DNA of 62,926 nt, filler included, from Chiloscyllium plagiosum (GCF_004010195.1; 3 parts of one record of this genome joined end to end with filler, not necessarily neighbours in it); one strand, 5' to 3'. Shown: positions 1 to 13,699, numbered from the whole stretch's first letter. The notes: a model not told the origin generated them from the sequence alone. Numbers and translations: made by a program.

Positions 1-1538
1 TCTTGCTCCCCACTCCCACCAGTCCTCTCAGCTCCTCCAGCCCTTGCTTCCCACCCCCACTAGTCCTCACTCCTCCTCCCCACTTCGATCAGTCCTCGAT
101 CCACCTTCTCCTCCCTCAAAACCCTCACTTTCACCCCGTGTTAGAACATATCTGAACAGTTTGCTAAAAACAACTGCACCAGCTCCTAGTCCAAGTTATT
201 AATTTTAGCTTGAAACCAGTGGAGAGGTCTTCTGTAGTATAACTCCACTCTCCACTCATTTGCCATAACGAAAATGACCCAGTTATCCCAATTCTCTGGC
301 TTTTAATCAACTGAACAACACAATATCCAATCAAAGTGCTTCTTAACTGAATCACCCTTTTCATGCATCAATGGTACATTGCATTAGTAGAACATAGTGT
401 TGCAAAATTCAAAGGTGGCTTTCAGAGTAATTTATAAGGTTGGTTTGAAACCTTCATTGACCATGCTATATCCTCAGCAAGTGTCTCACAAGAACACTTG
501 TAGCCAACTTTTTGTTGAACTTGTCAGTAGTTAAATATCCACTGATACAAGGCTGGCTGCCTCACCTACCACATGAATGTAAACAAGATATTTCCATACA
601 CTCTGGCCATAATTATAGGACATTTCACTAACAAATTACAGTACTTTGCATTGAGCAGGTGTGGCTGGATGCAGTAATTTGCTTGAGAGCTGCTCAGTGG
701 CATTCTGATGTAGATATTCATGTAGATCCCTGCAAGCATTCAAGGCAGTTCTCTCTTATCAAGCAAATAAATATTACTTGTTCTAAGATGTTACGATCGC
801 AATCCTGATACTGGTGTAGTTAGCGCCATGTAGTCTGAAAAAAAGGACATATTGCATCGCTGCACTTTGTGGTTATTGTTAAGAGTGTTGGAAGATTTTT
901 TTTCCCCGAAATCCATTTAATGTGAGAGAAAAGGATTTTATTGTATGACTGAGTGTTGCTGAGGAAGTGATGAGCTCAATAACAGGTAGGAAATTAGTGG
1001 TCAAAACTGATTCCAACAAACTGTAAATGGCAAGGACCAGCATCAATACTCAACAGCTGCCTTTGTTGTTAATTTATCCTTTGACATTTTGGTAATGTTA
1101 ATAATTAATGCTGTTCAATGTGTTTTACAAAGTGCACAATTTGAAAGCAATACTGTAATGATGAAAAGACGTTGTCTTAACTTTGTTTATAAGGACAGAT
1201 GATATTAATTGCTTTTCGAGTGTGTTATTCTGATTTTTGCACAATGGCATGACGGCCATTACATGTGGCATTTTCAGTTGTTTTTTCTGCACACACGCAC
1301 ACTTCGGAATGAATAAGAGGTCACTGTAAATCTAAAGCACATATAATATTACGTGAACTGTCTTTTATCAAATACCTGGTTTCGGAAATCAGAAATTAGT
1401 GGGGAAATCGGGCCAGAGCAATAGGAGGATTATAGAGACAAACAAGGGCTGGCGGGAAATGAAAACAATTACTTTGTGATTTGAAGACCTGACTGGAGAA
1501 ATCTGTGTTGTTCTTGAAATATATATTACTGTTTTTAA

Positions 1539-1637
<99 letters not shown>

Positions 1638-3869
1638 TAAGTATTTGTTTGTTTCCATTGTCCATATTGAGTTAATTTATTCTATTCCATCCCATTCTAG
1701 GATGTACAGTCTGAATTTTTGTACGGAATCGATGTTAATTCATATGAAACTTTTTTTTTGCTATGCATTCCTTCAATTGTATAACTACTAGAAAATTATC
1801 CCTGAAATATTCCGTTTTCATCCAGAGTTTATGATTGTAATAACCAGCAACTCAGTGAGGGGGACATCATGTCATAGCAGAATCTTAAGCATTAGCAATA
1901 TTGTTAGCGCTCCTGCTTAGAATCAATTTTTGTTGTACATCTCTATGACACTAGTTTTCACACACAGGAAGGGGAAGGAGTATTGCAATTGGATCCATGC
2001 CTCAATTTATTACATCTCCAGTCACTGCTTGGGTAGTTGACGGATTGAAGTCACAGCTGGAGATCCACAGGGACAGTCCTTGGCTGTCATAGTGCAGAAG
2101 GTCATCACTGACTTGGGATTGGTGGGGGACAAGAAGTCTCTATCTGTGTTCTGGAGGGAAGTGCTTTCCAGCTTGGGGCAAAGAAGCCTCCACAAGCAAC
2201 GTCAAACAATCATTTTTTCTACCTTTATGTCATGCCTTTTTTCTGGCCAGCAGTCTCTTTCCAGACAGTCACTGCTTCCCTGGGGAAGACTGCTGGAAAG
2301 AGTAACTTAGTGTAGGCAGGAAGACAGCGGGCTCAGAGAGAGTAAGTAGCTGACCTCATTTTAATTGTCTCCCCAGCTCAGTATCCCCTCAGTCTCTGAC
2401 AGCCTTGAATGGCTACTGTGGCAAGTTCTTGCAACCGATGAGAGAGCCTAATTTTGTTGACCCATCATATTCCAACTGTTTTGTTGGAACTTCGATCTCT
2501 ACTTCCCATAAGTCCCCGTTTCAGCATTTTCCAGTCAAATAAATAGCTTAATGATCTACTTCCTGGCTATCCCATTCCATTGTCAAGTTCCAAGGGATGC
2601 CTGAGATTAGCTCTTGAAGAGCAGCCCTTCGTGTTGATTGTTCATGATATTCTTTACTTATTGATTTTACAAAAGAACCTTATGGCATAGCACAGCAACT
2701 TACGATGCAGGTAGAGCAAGTTGTTAGGAAGGCAGATGAGGCAAGACAAGAAAGTGGAGCTCAGGCCATGATTGGGTCTTGATCCTATTGAATGGCAGGA
2801 CAGGCTCGAGAGGCCTGACTGCCTACTTTTACTGCTATTTCTTATGTTCTTACACTGAGACACCAAATGTACAAGCTGTTGCATTCAGATTGCATTTGAG
2901 ATTCCGAGACAAACTCTAAAAGAACTAATTCTAAAGTCCCACTCATTATAAACACCTAATGAGGTGACTTATTCTTCCATGGAACTGTATTGTATTTCAT
3001 ACTGAAAAATTCCATAACCTGTCCAAAAAGAGTGACATTTTGCCTTTTAATAACACTCTATGTACAAATCTCTAATTGTGCACATATATAATATAGGTGC
3101 CAAAACCTTCAATATCTGGATTGTCAGAGATTGGCAGTACTTTGGAGGTAAGAATCAGGACCCTGTAGATGTCCGATGGTATACACTTACATGGAGATTG
3201 CTTGGGAAGTTCCAGGTTCTGATCAACTGACTCTTGCAACCTCTGCAAAAGTTTCTCCCACTGATCTCAACATCAGAATCTTGAGGCAAATATGCAGACT
3301 TAACTGGATACTTAATGTCTGGTCTAATTTGGCAGTTAGTTAGCCAAATCACCCCACCCTCATTGCACTCCCTGTCCCTGCTGACCCAGCTACTCGATAT
3401 CTAACCACACTCCCTGACAAACCCAATTCGTCCATGTCCCTGAGCATTCAGAAAAATGTGTCCCAAAGACAAATTAAATGTTAGTATTGCTTGAAACAGA
3501 TTACTCTTGTGGAAGATACGAGAAACCATAGAGAAGATGCAAGAAACTACCTCTAAAACAAAAAAAAGAGGCAAAGGGAATTAAAAAAAGAGCTGTAGTA
3601 GCCAAATATAACACTTTTATATCAGCAAAAGGTTTATTGAGGAAGAATTGACTTTTCAAGTGGAATTTAAGCTGAAAACTTGTTTTAAAATGGTCTTTAG
3701 TATCTACTTCCAAGAAAGGTACTGGTAACAAGCCATCTGTAAAAGAATACTCCACAACTAAACAGAACTAAGAGTATTGTGAGATTCTAAGAGTACGGCC
3801 CCTTTAAAATAAATTTCTGTGATTCCTTAAACAAAGTCATGTACTTTGGATCTAAAAAGGACTGATTAG

Positions 3870-4590
3870 AATACTGTGTTGCTGGTGTAAAGCTCAGATC
3901 TGTGGAAAATGAAAGGGATTTGGGTGCCCATTACAAAACTCATTCAAAGCTGTTAAATAGTATAAAACATAAATATGCTGTTGGCTTTTCTGTCAAGGGA
4001 CCTGGAATAAAAGGGTAGAAGTTGTTCTTAAGTTGCACAAGCCTTGGTCAGCCACTTCCTTGAGTATGATTTTCACATTTGTTCATTAAACTTCAGCTTT
4101 GGAGGATATAGTGCAAATTTGTCAGAAAAATATTATTAAAGGATTATCCAAACAGGTTACATAAACCTGGCTTATGTTCACTAAACCTTATATGACACTG
4201 AGGTCATCTGTTTAAGTTGCTTGAAATAATTACCTTGAAAAAGATAAATGGTAATTGCAAAATAATTGTTTCCTCTGATGCAGGAATCCTGAACAAGTGG
4301 TATAATCTTAAAATTCATATTCGGTCAGTTAGAAACAATAAAAAGAAATACCTTTCCACATAATGTTATTAGAAATATAGAAGTTGCTCTCACAAAAGAT
4401 TATTTATGCAGTGTCAATTAATTTTTCAGGCTTAAATTGATAGATTATGTTAGAAATGTGTGCCAAGTGACATGATGGGTAAAGAAAGATGGGTAAATAC
4501 AATTAAATACAGTTCAAATATGATCTAATTATGTCATGAAACTGTTTCAAGGGGCTGAAAGGGATAGACAGAACAGACCAATGTTCCCAA
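3870..4590 (+). mobile_element. Highly decayed CR1 3' fragment
   Basis: Residual gaaagggatttgggtg, tataatcttaaaatt and atgatctaatt landmarks in CR1 order. Confidence 0.55.
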
Positions 4591-5957
4591 CCCATGTAAA
4601 TACATTAAGCTCAAAATGGCTCTTTCTTGAGTGCAGCAAACCTAGAAATCTTAACAGTGGAATGCAGAGGAGTATTAGGTAAAGATAGATTCACCACTGA
4701 GGCCGTTCTTGAACATTCTGTGGATCCACATATCTTTATATCATCGCTTTAGTTTTATATTTTTGTTCTTTGATTTTCTATCCAAATTATGTTAGCTTGC
4801 AGTCCATATGTGGCACTTAGCTGCTCATGCAGTCGTATTTCTTTTCCGAAATCTTAATGTGTTAGCTTTGAACGGAGATTAACTGGTCTGTCAGTATTCC
4901 CAATCCTATGGCACAATTTGCATACAAGAAAACAATTGAAAAATTGCCTCCAGAGCCACGTTTGGGATGATTTTTATTCAATTTTGATAATTTATGTCCT
5001 ATTTTATCATCATCATCTTATGTTCTGCTTATTTCCTCTTCTAACTAGTCAATAATAATGCTTCAATGTGCTTCTTTTACGCCGTCTTTATTCTCATCAT
5101 GCTATGGTTTGCTAAAAAAAAATATAATGTGACATTGTTGTCTCTTACGATTAGTCTGCTTAGTTTCCATTCTTTTCAGTGTTTTCTAACAATTTACTTT
5201 TACTAAATAAACTCCTTTCTAAAGATCATTAAGAAATAAATTAATTTTGCATTTACCTCCATGCTTTATATTTTCAGATTTTATCAATGGCACATGCTTC
5301 GTAATGTCATGGTCAATTGTAGTTTATTCTGTGGATCAGACAGGCACTTGTAGTAGACTTTTAGTAAGACAGGAAGTCTGCTGACTTGTAGAACAGAAAC
5401 CATCTTGACTAATGGGTTTCAAGTCATTTGTCGACAGTAATCAATCACCTCTGAGCTGTGAAATTGAGTGTGATTCAGCTTAGCTTTTAAAAAGGAGAAA
5501 ATTGATAGATTTTGGAAAGAAATTGCCAAGAAACTGCTTATGAACACATTCTTTGAGTGTGGTCTAAAGGAGAAGAAAAATTCTTATTGGAAAGGAGTAC
5601 TGTGCAGCCAACTGACACTTCTAGGGACTCTCCCTATAGTAGTAAAGTCATGGCCTAAAGTTCTGGCCAATGAAGAACCTAATAGTGGAAATGCAGAAAC
5701 CAAGCATGATTAAATAGTGGCTAGACCTCCCTTTGTTTAGCTAATGTCAGAATCTCCCAATTATATAAGTCCATTGTTGTCTTTGCAGCATTTATTCATT
5801 TTGAATCAAGGGATATTTGAAGACCTTTGGATATCCTCCTGTAAGGAAAATGCTAAACTGAGATTAGGTTGACCGCAGTTGTTGAAGGTACTGATAATGA
5901 GTGTCATTGCTGTGAGATGTACTCCATCTTCCTTGGCCTTAAAGTTTGTTTCAAACC

Positions 5958-6152
5958 ATGATGTGCAGATGCTGGTGTTGGACAGGGGTGGACAAAGTCA
6001 GGAGTTGCACAACAGGTCATAGTCCAATAGGTCTATTTGAAATCACAAGCTTTCGGAGCACTGCTCCTTCATTAGGTGAAGTGACGCTCTGAAAACTTGT
6101 GATGGTAAATAAATCTGTTGGACTATAATCTGGTGTTGTGTGACTTCTGACC
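5958..6152. mobile_element. Inverted Penelope pLTR pair (family 2)
   Basis: Same family as 32462-32550 and 46958-47175; degenerate hammerhead. Confidence 0.78.
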
Positions 6153-7681
6153 TTATATTAAAATATTAAAATAAAATATCATAAAAACATTTGATATGAC
6201 ACTTCAATGATTATTCTGCTACTGAATTTTAGCATTGCGTATCTGAAATCTGCGGCCATAAAAATATTTTTAAAAACTACTTAAGAAATTAATTCCGATT
6301 TCAAGTGTGCATGATTAAGATCATACAGGTTGCAGCTACCAATACAAACTGTCTCTACTTAATAGATCGAAGAACTGAGCTAAGCTTTTTTGGGGCATAG
6401 GCCTTGCTTAAAGACAAACTCTCTAAATTTAAACTGAGGAAGTTTTTACATGGAGTTTGCAACTGAGCATGGATCCTTAAGGGAGATGGGGAAGTTTCTT
6501 ACCTGTGCTGGATCCACAATAGAGAGGTGCATGTAAAACTGGTTTGTAACTTCACAGAAGTATAGAACAGAAAAGAAATGCATTATTATCAGCTCACTCT
6601 AATTTAAACTGGATGAAGCCAAAAGGTAAATTGTATTGGTGACACAATATTTTTCACTGTGATATAATTAAATGTTTTTAATGCAGGGACAACATTTCAG
6701 CCTTTGGATTAGCAGGAAAATCATACAGAAGTACAATAAATATTCCTATTACTTATACTAATATAATTACTATACTGCATTAACGGTACAGATTCACTCA
6801 GTTGTTTTACACACAGATTTGCGTTATCTAAAACTAATAATCTATATTCTACATCTTGGCTATTCTTGAATAATTTGTTAAAAGCTCAGATTTCAATCAG
6901 GGGCAAAGCCACAGTGCTTTGTGCTAACTACAGAGGAAGCTAGTGATCTATATATAATGAATTTCCCCTTTCACATTGAATTGAATCAGGCACCAAGTTA
7001 CAGGGGGGTCTCCGGGCATTCAGCAACATTCCTGGCGACAAACCGATGAACAGTCAGTTACATTGATACATTCACACAGGCTGCAATCTATAAATTAAAA
7101 TGGATTTCATTTTGAATTAAACATTTTATAGACAGTGAATTATATGCTTCGGACATTTACAGGGCATTTAGATAGAAGTGGAAAAACCACAAAGCTTTCT
7201 AAAATAAAATTATTTTGTATGTTTTATCACAATTGAGAAATTTTATATTTTGCAACAATTAAATTGATTTTCTCAGTTTTTCCAGAGTTGTACATCAGTT
7301 GTTATGAATTTTAATATCTTGTTTAAAAAGCCAGAGACATCTCATTTGGCAAGTTGTAACATTTTCAAGAGTTTTTACTCTGATACAAAATAGCAGAAAA
7401 TTCAAAGACTTCACTTGATTACAGTTAGGGGAGATTAAAAGCGCACACTATGGAGAAATCTGGATTTTCACAAATAGCCGCATATTTGTGGATTCCAGGA
7501 GTTGCTGTCAGTTTCAGAGGAATGCTGCCAATGAACACTAACAATTTTGCTGCAAATTACATGGCATTATTTCATTCTTATTATTTTCCTGATTTTTTTT
7601 GCTCTCCATTTTGAATGTCTTGTTGTATCAATAAAGGATAACTTGATGCTTCTAATAGTTTTGAACAAGATTCATAATTGA

Positions 7682-7804
<123 letters not shown>

Positions 7805-7909
7805 TAATGTTTGCCATATTTCTAGTTTTGTAAGATAAAACTTCTAAGACAAAATTTCTAATTTTGATGTGTTTCATTAATAAATAAATGTGCATCTCTT
7901 TTTTTTTAG

Positions 7910-8142
7910 CTTTGTCTAAGAACCACAAGCCAATACATACCATTATATTGAACCCCCACGTCCATTTAATTGGTGACGATGCTGCTTGCATAGCATACAT
8001 CCGTCTCACTCAATATATCGATGGCAGTAGCATGCCAAAAACCATGCAAACTGAGGAAACCAGAGTCTGGCATCGCCGTGATGGAAAGTGGCAAAATGTT
8101 CACTTTCACCGCTCAGGAGCCCCAACTGTCCCTGTCAAGTAA
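7910..8142 (+). CDS. CAMK2D: CaMKII-delta last major coding exon ([20 protein letters not shown]...[11 protein letters not shown])
   Basis: Poly-T/ag acceptor at 7909. The ORF matches the hub C-terminus (MPKTMQ, RSGxPTVP are delta-like). TAA at 8140-8142; donor GT at 8139. Adjacency to ANK2 supports the delta paralogue. Confidence 0.95.
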
Positions 8143-8479
8143 GGTGAATTTCTACATTGGCAAAATACACACAAAAAAGATTAATATTAGCTAACAATGA
8201 AATGAGAAATTTCTCAATTTACAGAAACACATCTCTTTTTTTTTCTTTATTAAAGTTCCTGTAGCACCTTTAGAGTGCATGTGGAATAGGTTTTTTTAAA
8301 AAATCTAATGGACAGACTGAAAAAAGTAATTTTTATTTCAGGGAATCAATGTCCATGATAGCACAGCTCGAAGTTTTATAAAATTATGCACATCTGAGCC
8401 ATTCAGTGTACTATTGTAGTTCCACCATGGTGACCATTGAGTTTTATCCATCTCCCAATATCTTCAATTTTATTTAATA

Positions 8480-8735
8480 AGGAACTGCGGATGCTAGAGG
8501 CCTGAAACAAAAACAGAAGTTGCTGGAGAAACTCAGCAGGTCTGGCAGCATCTCTGGGATGAAAGCAGATTTAAGGTTTCCAGTCCAATTCTGAAGAAGA
8601 GTCACCAGACTCGAAATGTTAACTCTAAGTGACTCTGGTGACTCTTCATCAGAACTAGACTCTAAATGTTAACCCTGCTTTCTTCCCACAGGTGCTGCCA
8701 AAACTGCTGAGTTTCTCCAGCAATTTTAGTTTTTC
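8480..8735. mobile_element. Inverted Penelope pLTR structure in the last CAMK2D intron
   Basis: Outer arms tgctggagaaactcagcag / ctgctgagtttctccagca. Inner arms ttctgaagaagagtcaccaga / tctggtgactcttcatcagaa contain hammerhead cores. Confidence 0.8.
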
Positions 8736-9294
8736 CTCAATCTTATTGCTATTTGAGAGCTCCTGTTTTGCACATATTGACTTTTCCCATATAGTAGCAG
8801 TAACTTTATCAAAAGTAAGTAATTAGCTGTGAAATGCCTTCCAAAGACATGAAAGACACTTTAAACATACAAGTTTGTCTTGGGTATAATTTGCAGCGTT
8901 ATTTATTTAACTCTATAATAAGTCTACCAAATTATCTTTTAATTAAAAGTTGACAAAAGACCAGTATGTAAGTTGACATTTAAACAATCTGTGATGAAGG
9001 GAAAACTACTTGATCCATAATGAAAGGAAGAGAACTGCTCTGCCAAATCCAAACCTCAATAGGCAGTTTAAAAGTATTCACTATGAGGGAACACAAGGGG
9101 ACAATGGAAGTCAATTCCTTTTATACCCTTTTACGTACTTTCAGAATAAAGGCAAATTCCTTTCCGTATGCTATGTGATTACATAGGCACAAGCAAAGTT
9201 TAAAGTTTAGGATTTGAAGAATCTGCTGTAGCTCAATTCCTGGCTGTACTGGTGGTTGTAGAAAATTGAATTTTATATCTGTTCTCTGTTTCAG

Positions 9295-11090
9295 CTAAAA
9301 GAACTGTTGCCACTGCTGAATTCTCAGCACTCATTATGGATTGGAAGATCAAGATCACATTATAAGCACTTCCAGTCTATTTTAACGCATGTTCCTGAAT
9401 GCATGAAGCTCTGACAGTGCACTTGTGACATGTCCTTTGCTGTTTATACCATCCGTAAATTTTTGTTTACACTTCATCGGAAGAAATGTTGCAAGAAGAA
9501 TGAAACCAAAGGAAGGAAAACTATTGAAAGTACTTTTTAAACCGTTATATGCGCCAGGTTTCTTAACTTGTTATAATTATAAAAGTTGAAATAAAAATGT
9601 ATTTTTTCTGGATTTCAAAAATTTTAAAAGCTACTGTACCCCCTTAATCTGTATGAGAATACATTGTAAGTGGCCCATATTAATTTTGAGTATTGAAATA
9701 CTTTTGTAATATATATAGAAGGGGATGTCCTTAAAGTGGCAGGGCACTGTTACATGCAGTTCCAAAACTTGTTCTACAAGCTGTAATCATCGAGTCAGGG
9801 CTGGCTGTATCAGCCTAGAAAGTAACTCCTACTACAGTAGCTGAACAGTCTTTTTCATTTTTTTTTTCCAGGTGAAACATATGGGAAACTATCTTTTAAA
9901 TGAAAAGTAAATTTTGATGTGCTAGTGCTACTGCTAGTCTTTTATTTGTTGTATTTCTTATGTGTCATCATCTAGGATTATTTTTAAGTTGACAAATCAT
10001 TTTTACTCAGTTTGGGTGCAATATGTTTCAGAAAAATCAAGCTTGCTTTAATTATGGTGATGTGCAAATTGTGATTTGAGTCAAGTGCTTATTGCTTTGA
10101 TGGAAATAGTTTAGAGTTTTGTGAACTATGTTAATCTGCTTGTTTGTAGTTATCCATAGTATCAATTTAACAAAGAAACACAAGATCTTGGAATTTAAAC
10201 ACCAAATATAGTGGATCGTGATGTACATGCAACATTTATTTAAGAACTTCCTTGCCTAGGCAGCTGATTAAACAAACTCAGATCATTTTATTTTTCTCCT
10301 AAGGACACAGGGATTGATGTTTTTAATATCATCTGTGAAAAATAGTTTCTCAATACTTTGTGAACAGAATGATTTTTGCTTCTGCTTCTGTATATTTGTG
10401 AAGGTGTTCTTGTGTAAAAAAATAAGTTAGCAGTTATGTCCTTTTTTCTTTGGAGGGAGTGTTCCCTCTTTTAAAATGTTTGTTTCTTCGCTGTTGTATA
10501 CTTATAGGGTTATACTCCAGTGCTGAATAGTGCATGTAATCTCAATTTAATGTTTTCAGTGATTGTACAGAACCATCAGATTCTCATTCAGTGGTCAAAT
10601 CTTGGCAGAATTCATTTATTTATAATCTGTGTTTGTTAGTTGCCCACAAAACAATACGGTTAGCTGCTGTTACTAGTTGAATAGATGGCAATAAAGTCTA
10701 CCCATTACATGGATTCAGAAATCGTGTTTAAATAAGCATGTATATTTATGGGCCATATTAATATGCCAATAAGATCTATGAAAAATAGGGAATTTCTTCA
10801 TTTTGTTTTTTGGTGACTGGCTGTAGTAAAGTAAGTGTATTGAAATCTATCTATGTTATTTTCAAATTTTAATACCATGTGTGGTGTTCAAGTAGTATTA
10901 ACGACCAAGTCTGTCTTCCACACCCAGATCTGAGGAGCGGTGATTGGATTTTCCACCACAATTGAAATGATACTTAAGTTCTTTCATTCTGCAAAGCTGC
11001 TGTTTATCATGGGACACAGTGTACAGAGTTCTTGCCATAATGGTAAATAATTGATTAAAACAAAAATAAATTTGTGATTATTTCTCCTGA
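9295..11090 (+). other. CAMK2D: Probable CAMK2D terminal exon / 3' UTR
   Basis: Acceptor gttctctgtttcag at 9294. Splicing from 8138 gives AA|C TAA (PVN*). About 1.8 kb, AT-rich, no recognisable TE. AATAAA at 9590, 10690 and 11065, the last followed by a GU/U-rich tract. Confidence 0.7.
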
Positions 11091-11125
11091 TTGCCTGTTC
11101 TCTATGGTGTGTATTCCTTTTGTCT
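11054..11125 (+). terminator. Distal polyadenylation signal of CAMK2D
   Basis: ATTAAA (11054) and AATAAA (11065) followed by tgttctctatggtgtgtattccttttgt. TE-rich sequence begins immediately afterwards. Confidence 0.55.
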
Positions 11126-11162
11126 CAAAAATCCAAATGTTTGAATGAGAGGAGTTGAGGAT

Positions 11163-11780
11163 GGGCATGGTGGCTCAGTGATTAGTGCTACTGCCTTTCA
11201 GTGCCAAGGACCTCAGTTCGATTCCAGCTTTAATTGACTTTGTGTGGAGTTTGCACTTAACTCCGGTTTCTTCCCACAATCTCAAGATTGCAGGTTTGGT
11301 GGAATGCTAAGTTACCCAAGGTTGAAAAATGTGTTGCTGGAAAGGTGCAGCAGGTCAGGCAGCATCCAAGGAGCAGGAGAATCGAGGTTTCGGGCATAAG
11401 CCCTTCTTCAGGAATGAGGAAGGTGTGCCAAGCAGGCTAAGATAAAAGGTAGGGAGGAGGGAGAGGGGCATTGGGAATGCGATAGGTGGAAGGAGGTTAA
11501 GGTGAGGGTGAGAGGTCGGAAGAAGATTGCAGATCAAAAAGGTGGTGCTGAGTGTGAGGGTTGGGATTGAGATAAGATGGGAGAGGGGGCAAGAGTGGAA
11601 ATGAGGAAGCTGGAGAAATCTGCATTCATCCCTTGTAGTTGGAGGGTTCCCCCCAGGTGTCCACGGATGTGTAGGACAGTTGGATTAGCCATGGTAAATG
11701 TGAGTTTACAGGGACAGAGTGAGATTTGGGTGGTTTGCTGTTTGGAGGGCCCCTTTCCACACTGTAGGAATTCTGTGATG
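11163..11780 (+). mobile_element. Old V-SINE interrupted by a Penelope fragment (about 11318-11650, minus strand)
   Basis: SINE head and core run to ...gctaagttaccc, then pLTR/Penelope sequence, then the SINE 3' part resumes (ggattagccatggtaaatg...ccacactgtagg). Confidence 0.75.
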
Positions 11781-11912
11781 CTATATTTTAGAACTTGAGT
11801 GTGTTTCTGTTTCAGATATACAAGGAGGTTCTAAATATTTTATGGACCATACAACATTTAAGTTTCTCTCTTTGTGATAAATTTGATTGAGTAAAGAGAA
11901 TGGTGGCAAAAC

Positions 11913-12179
11913 ATTAGATTAGATTCCCTACAAACAGGCCCATCAGCCCAACAAGTCCACACTGACCCTCCAAAGAGTAATCCACCCAGACCCGTTCCCT
12001 CTGACTAATGCACCTAACACTATGGGCAATTTAGCAGGGCCAATTCACCTGACCTGTACATCTTTCGACTGCGGGAGGAAACCAGCGTGTCCGAAGGAAA
12101 CCCACGCAGACACAGGGAGAATGTTCAAACTGCACACAGACAGTCACCCGAGGCTGGAATCAAATCCAGGTCCCTGGCA
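11913..12179 (-). mobile_element. HE1-type SINE, 5'-truncated
   Basis: ttagattagattcccta tail and reverse V-domain. Confidence 0.85.
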
Positions 12180-12374
12180 AGTTTGCGGTTTGTGATTAAT
12201 ATCAATATAAGCAAAGCCTAAATCTTTAAGTAAATATTAAAATCAGTCTTGACTCAGTAGCAGCACCCATGAATACCGCTCTCGACTCAGCAGTAACTCT
12301 CCAGAGTCTGTGTGTGTGTGTGTCATGGCTTCATGCCCTATGCAAGGCAAGTATAAAATGGCAGCTTAGTGCAT

Positions 12375-12857
12375 GGAGAAAGTGAGGACTGCGGATACTA
12401 GAGATCAGAGTCTGAGTGTGTGGTGCTGGAAAAGCACAGCCAGTCAGGCAGCATCTGAGGAGCAGGAGAGTTGACATTTTAAGCGTAAGCTTTTCATTCG
12501 ATTCCTGATGAAGAGCTCATGTTCAAAACGTCGAGTTTCCTGCTCCTCGGATGCTGCCTGGCTGGCTGTGCTTTATCAGCACCACACTCAGACTCTGATC
12601 TCTAGCATCCGCAGTCCTCACTTTCTCCTAGTTATATAACCTTACTGCGAAGCCTCTTCCAAGGATACCTTGAAGATGTTCTCCTCCCTCTATAAGGATC
12701 TCAGCGAGTCTCTCTCTCACTGCAACCCCCCTCAGGTTGTCTGCCCTTAAGCACTTCAGCCATTCCTGATGAAGAGCTTATGCTCGAAATGTCGATTCTC
12801 CTGCTCCTCAGATGCTGCCTGACCTGCTATGCTTTTCCAGCACCGCACATTTCAACT
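12375..12857. mobile_element. Penelope pLTR array: one inverted plus two tandem copies
   Basis: Minus copy at 12375-12500, plus copies starting at about 12501 and 12761, each with CTGATGA-AGAGC...(G/A)AAA. Confidence 0.85.
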
Positions 12858-13699
12858 GAGTTCAATGGTGCATGGCTGGTGAAGGGAAGTGGAAGGTGAG
12901 ATCCTGTTTCTCAAGCTTATTATTTTCAGAGCAGTAGTTACCGTTAGTACTGCCATTCTGACCTGGGCCTCCTGTGAAGACTTAAAATAATGGTTGGCCA
13001 GAAGTTAAATGCTGTACACACAAACTGGATGGGGTGTTCCATTAAGTGGATATTAAATCTGTATTTCCCAGTGTAGAGGAGGTTGGAAGCATAGGTGATT
13101 TGCTGTTTTGTCTGGAATCAGTATTTTGGAGTGTTGGACAGTGGGAAACAGGTAATTGTGCAGATGTGGCATAGGAAGGAGAGTGTGATTTGAAATGTCA
13201 CCAGTTGTCTAGAGAACTGTCCCTTCAGAGGGAAGGGATGATGTGGTTGGTAGCAGCATACCGGAAGTGGTCAGAACTGTGGAGGATGACTTGTTGACTG
13301 GAAGCTGGAAAGTTTGAAGTCGAGGCGATCCCTCATTGGATGGAAGGAGTGAGGCAGGAATTGCAGGATATGGAATAGATGAGGTGGTGGCTCGGGCGAC
13401 TTCAATGTTGGTTGGGTCTGATACAGATCGCAGCGCAGGCATAATTGATGGTAATGAGCTGCTCTCTTTAAGCTGTAACTTTTTTCCTTAAATTGTTCAA
13501 AATGGTGTCCTGTCATGGTGACAAATGAAAGCTTTTGACTTATTTTATAATAAGAATACAAGAAAATACAATGTGACAATAAATCAAAATCAGCTCCACT
13601 TTGCTGCCTTTTCCCCTTAACTATAATTCTGTCCATCTTGGGATGAAACAAATGGAACTTTAAAAACAAAAAGACTTTTCGTTGTATACTTATCATCTG

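Noticed and set aside
1..135. C/T-rich low-complexity tract (similar tracts at 46040-46400 and 30600-30920)
   Set aside because: Degenerate simple or repeat-derived sequence with no periodic unit or coding signal.
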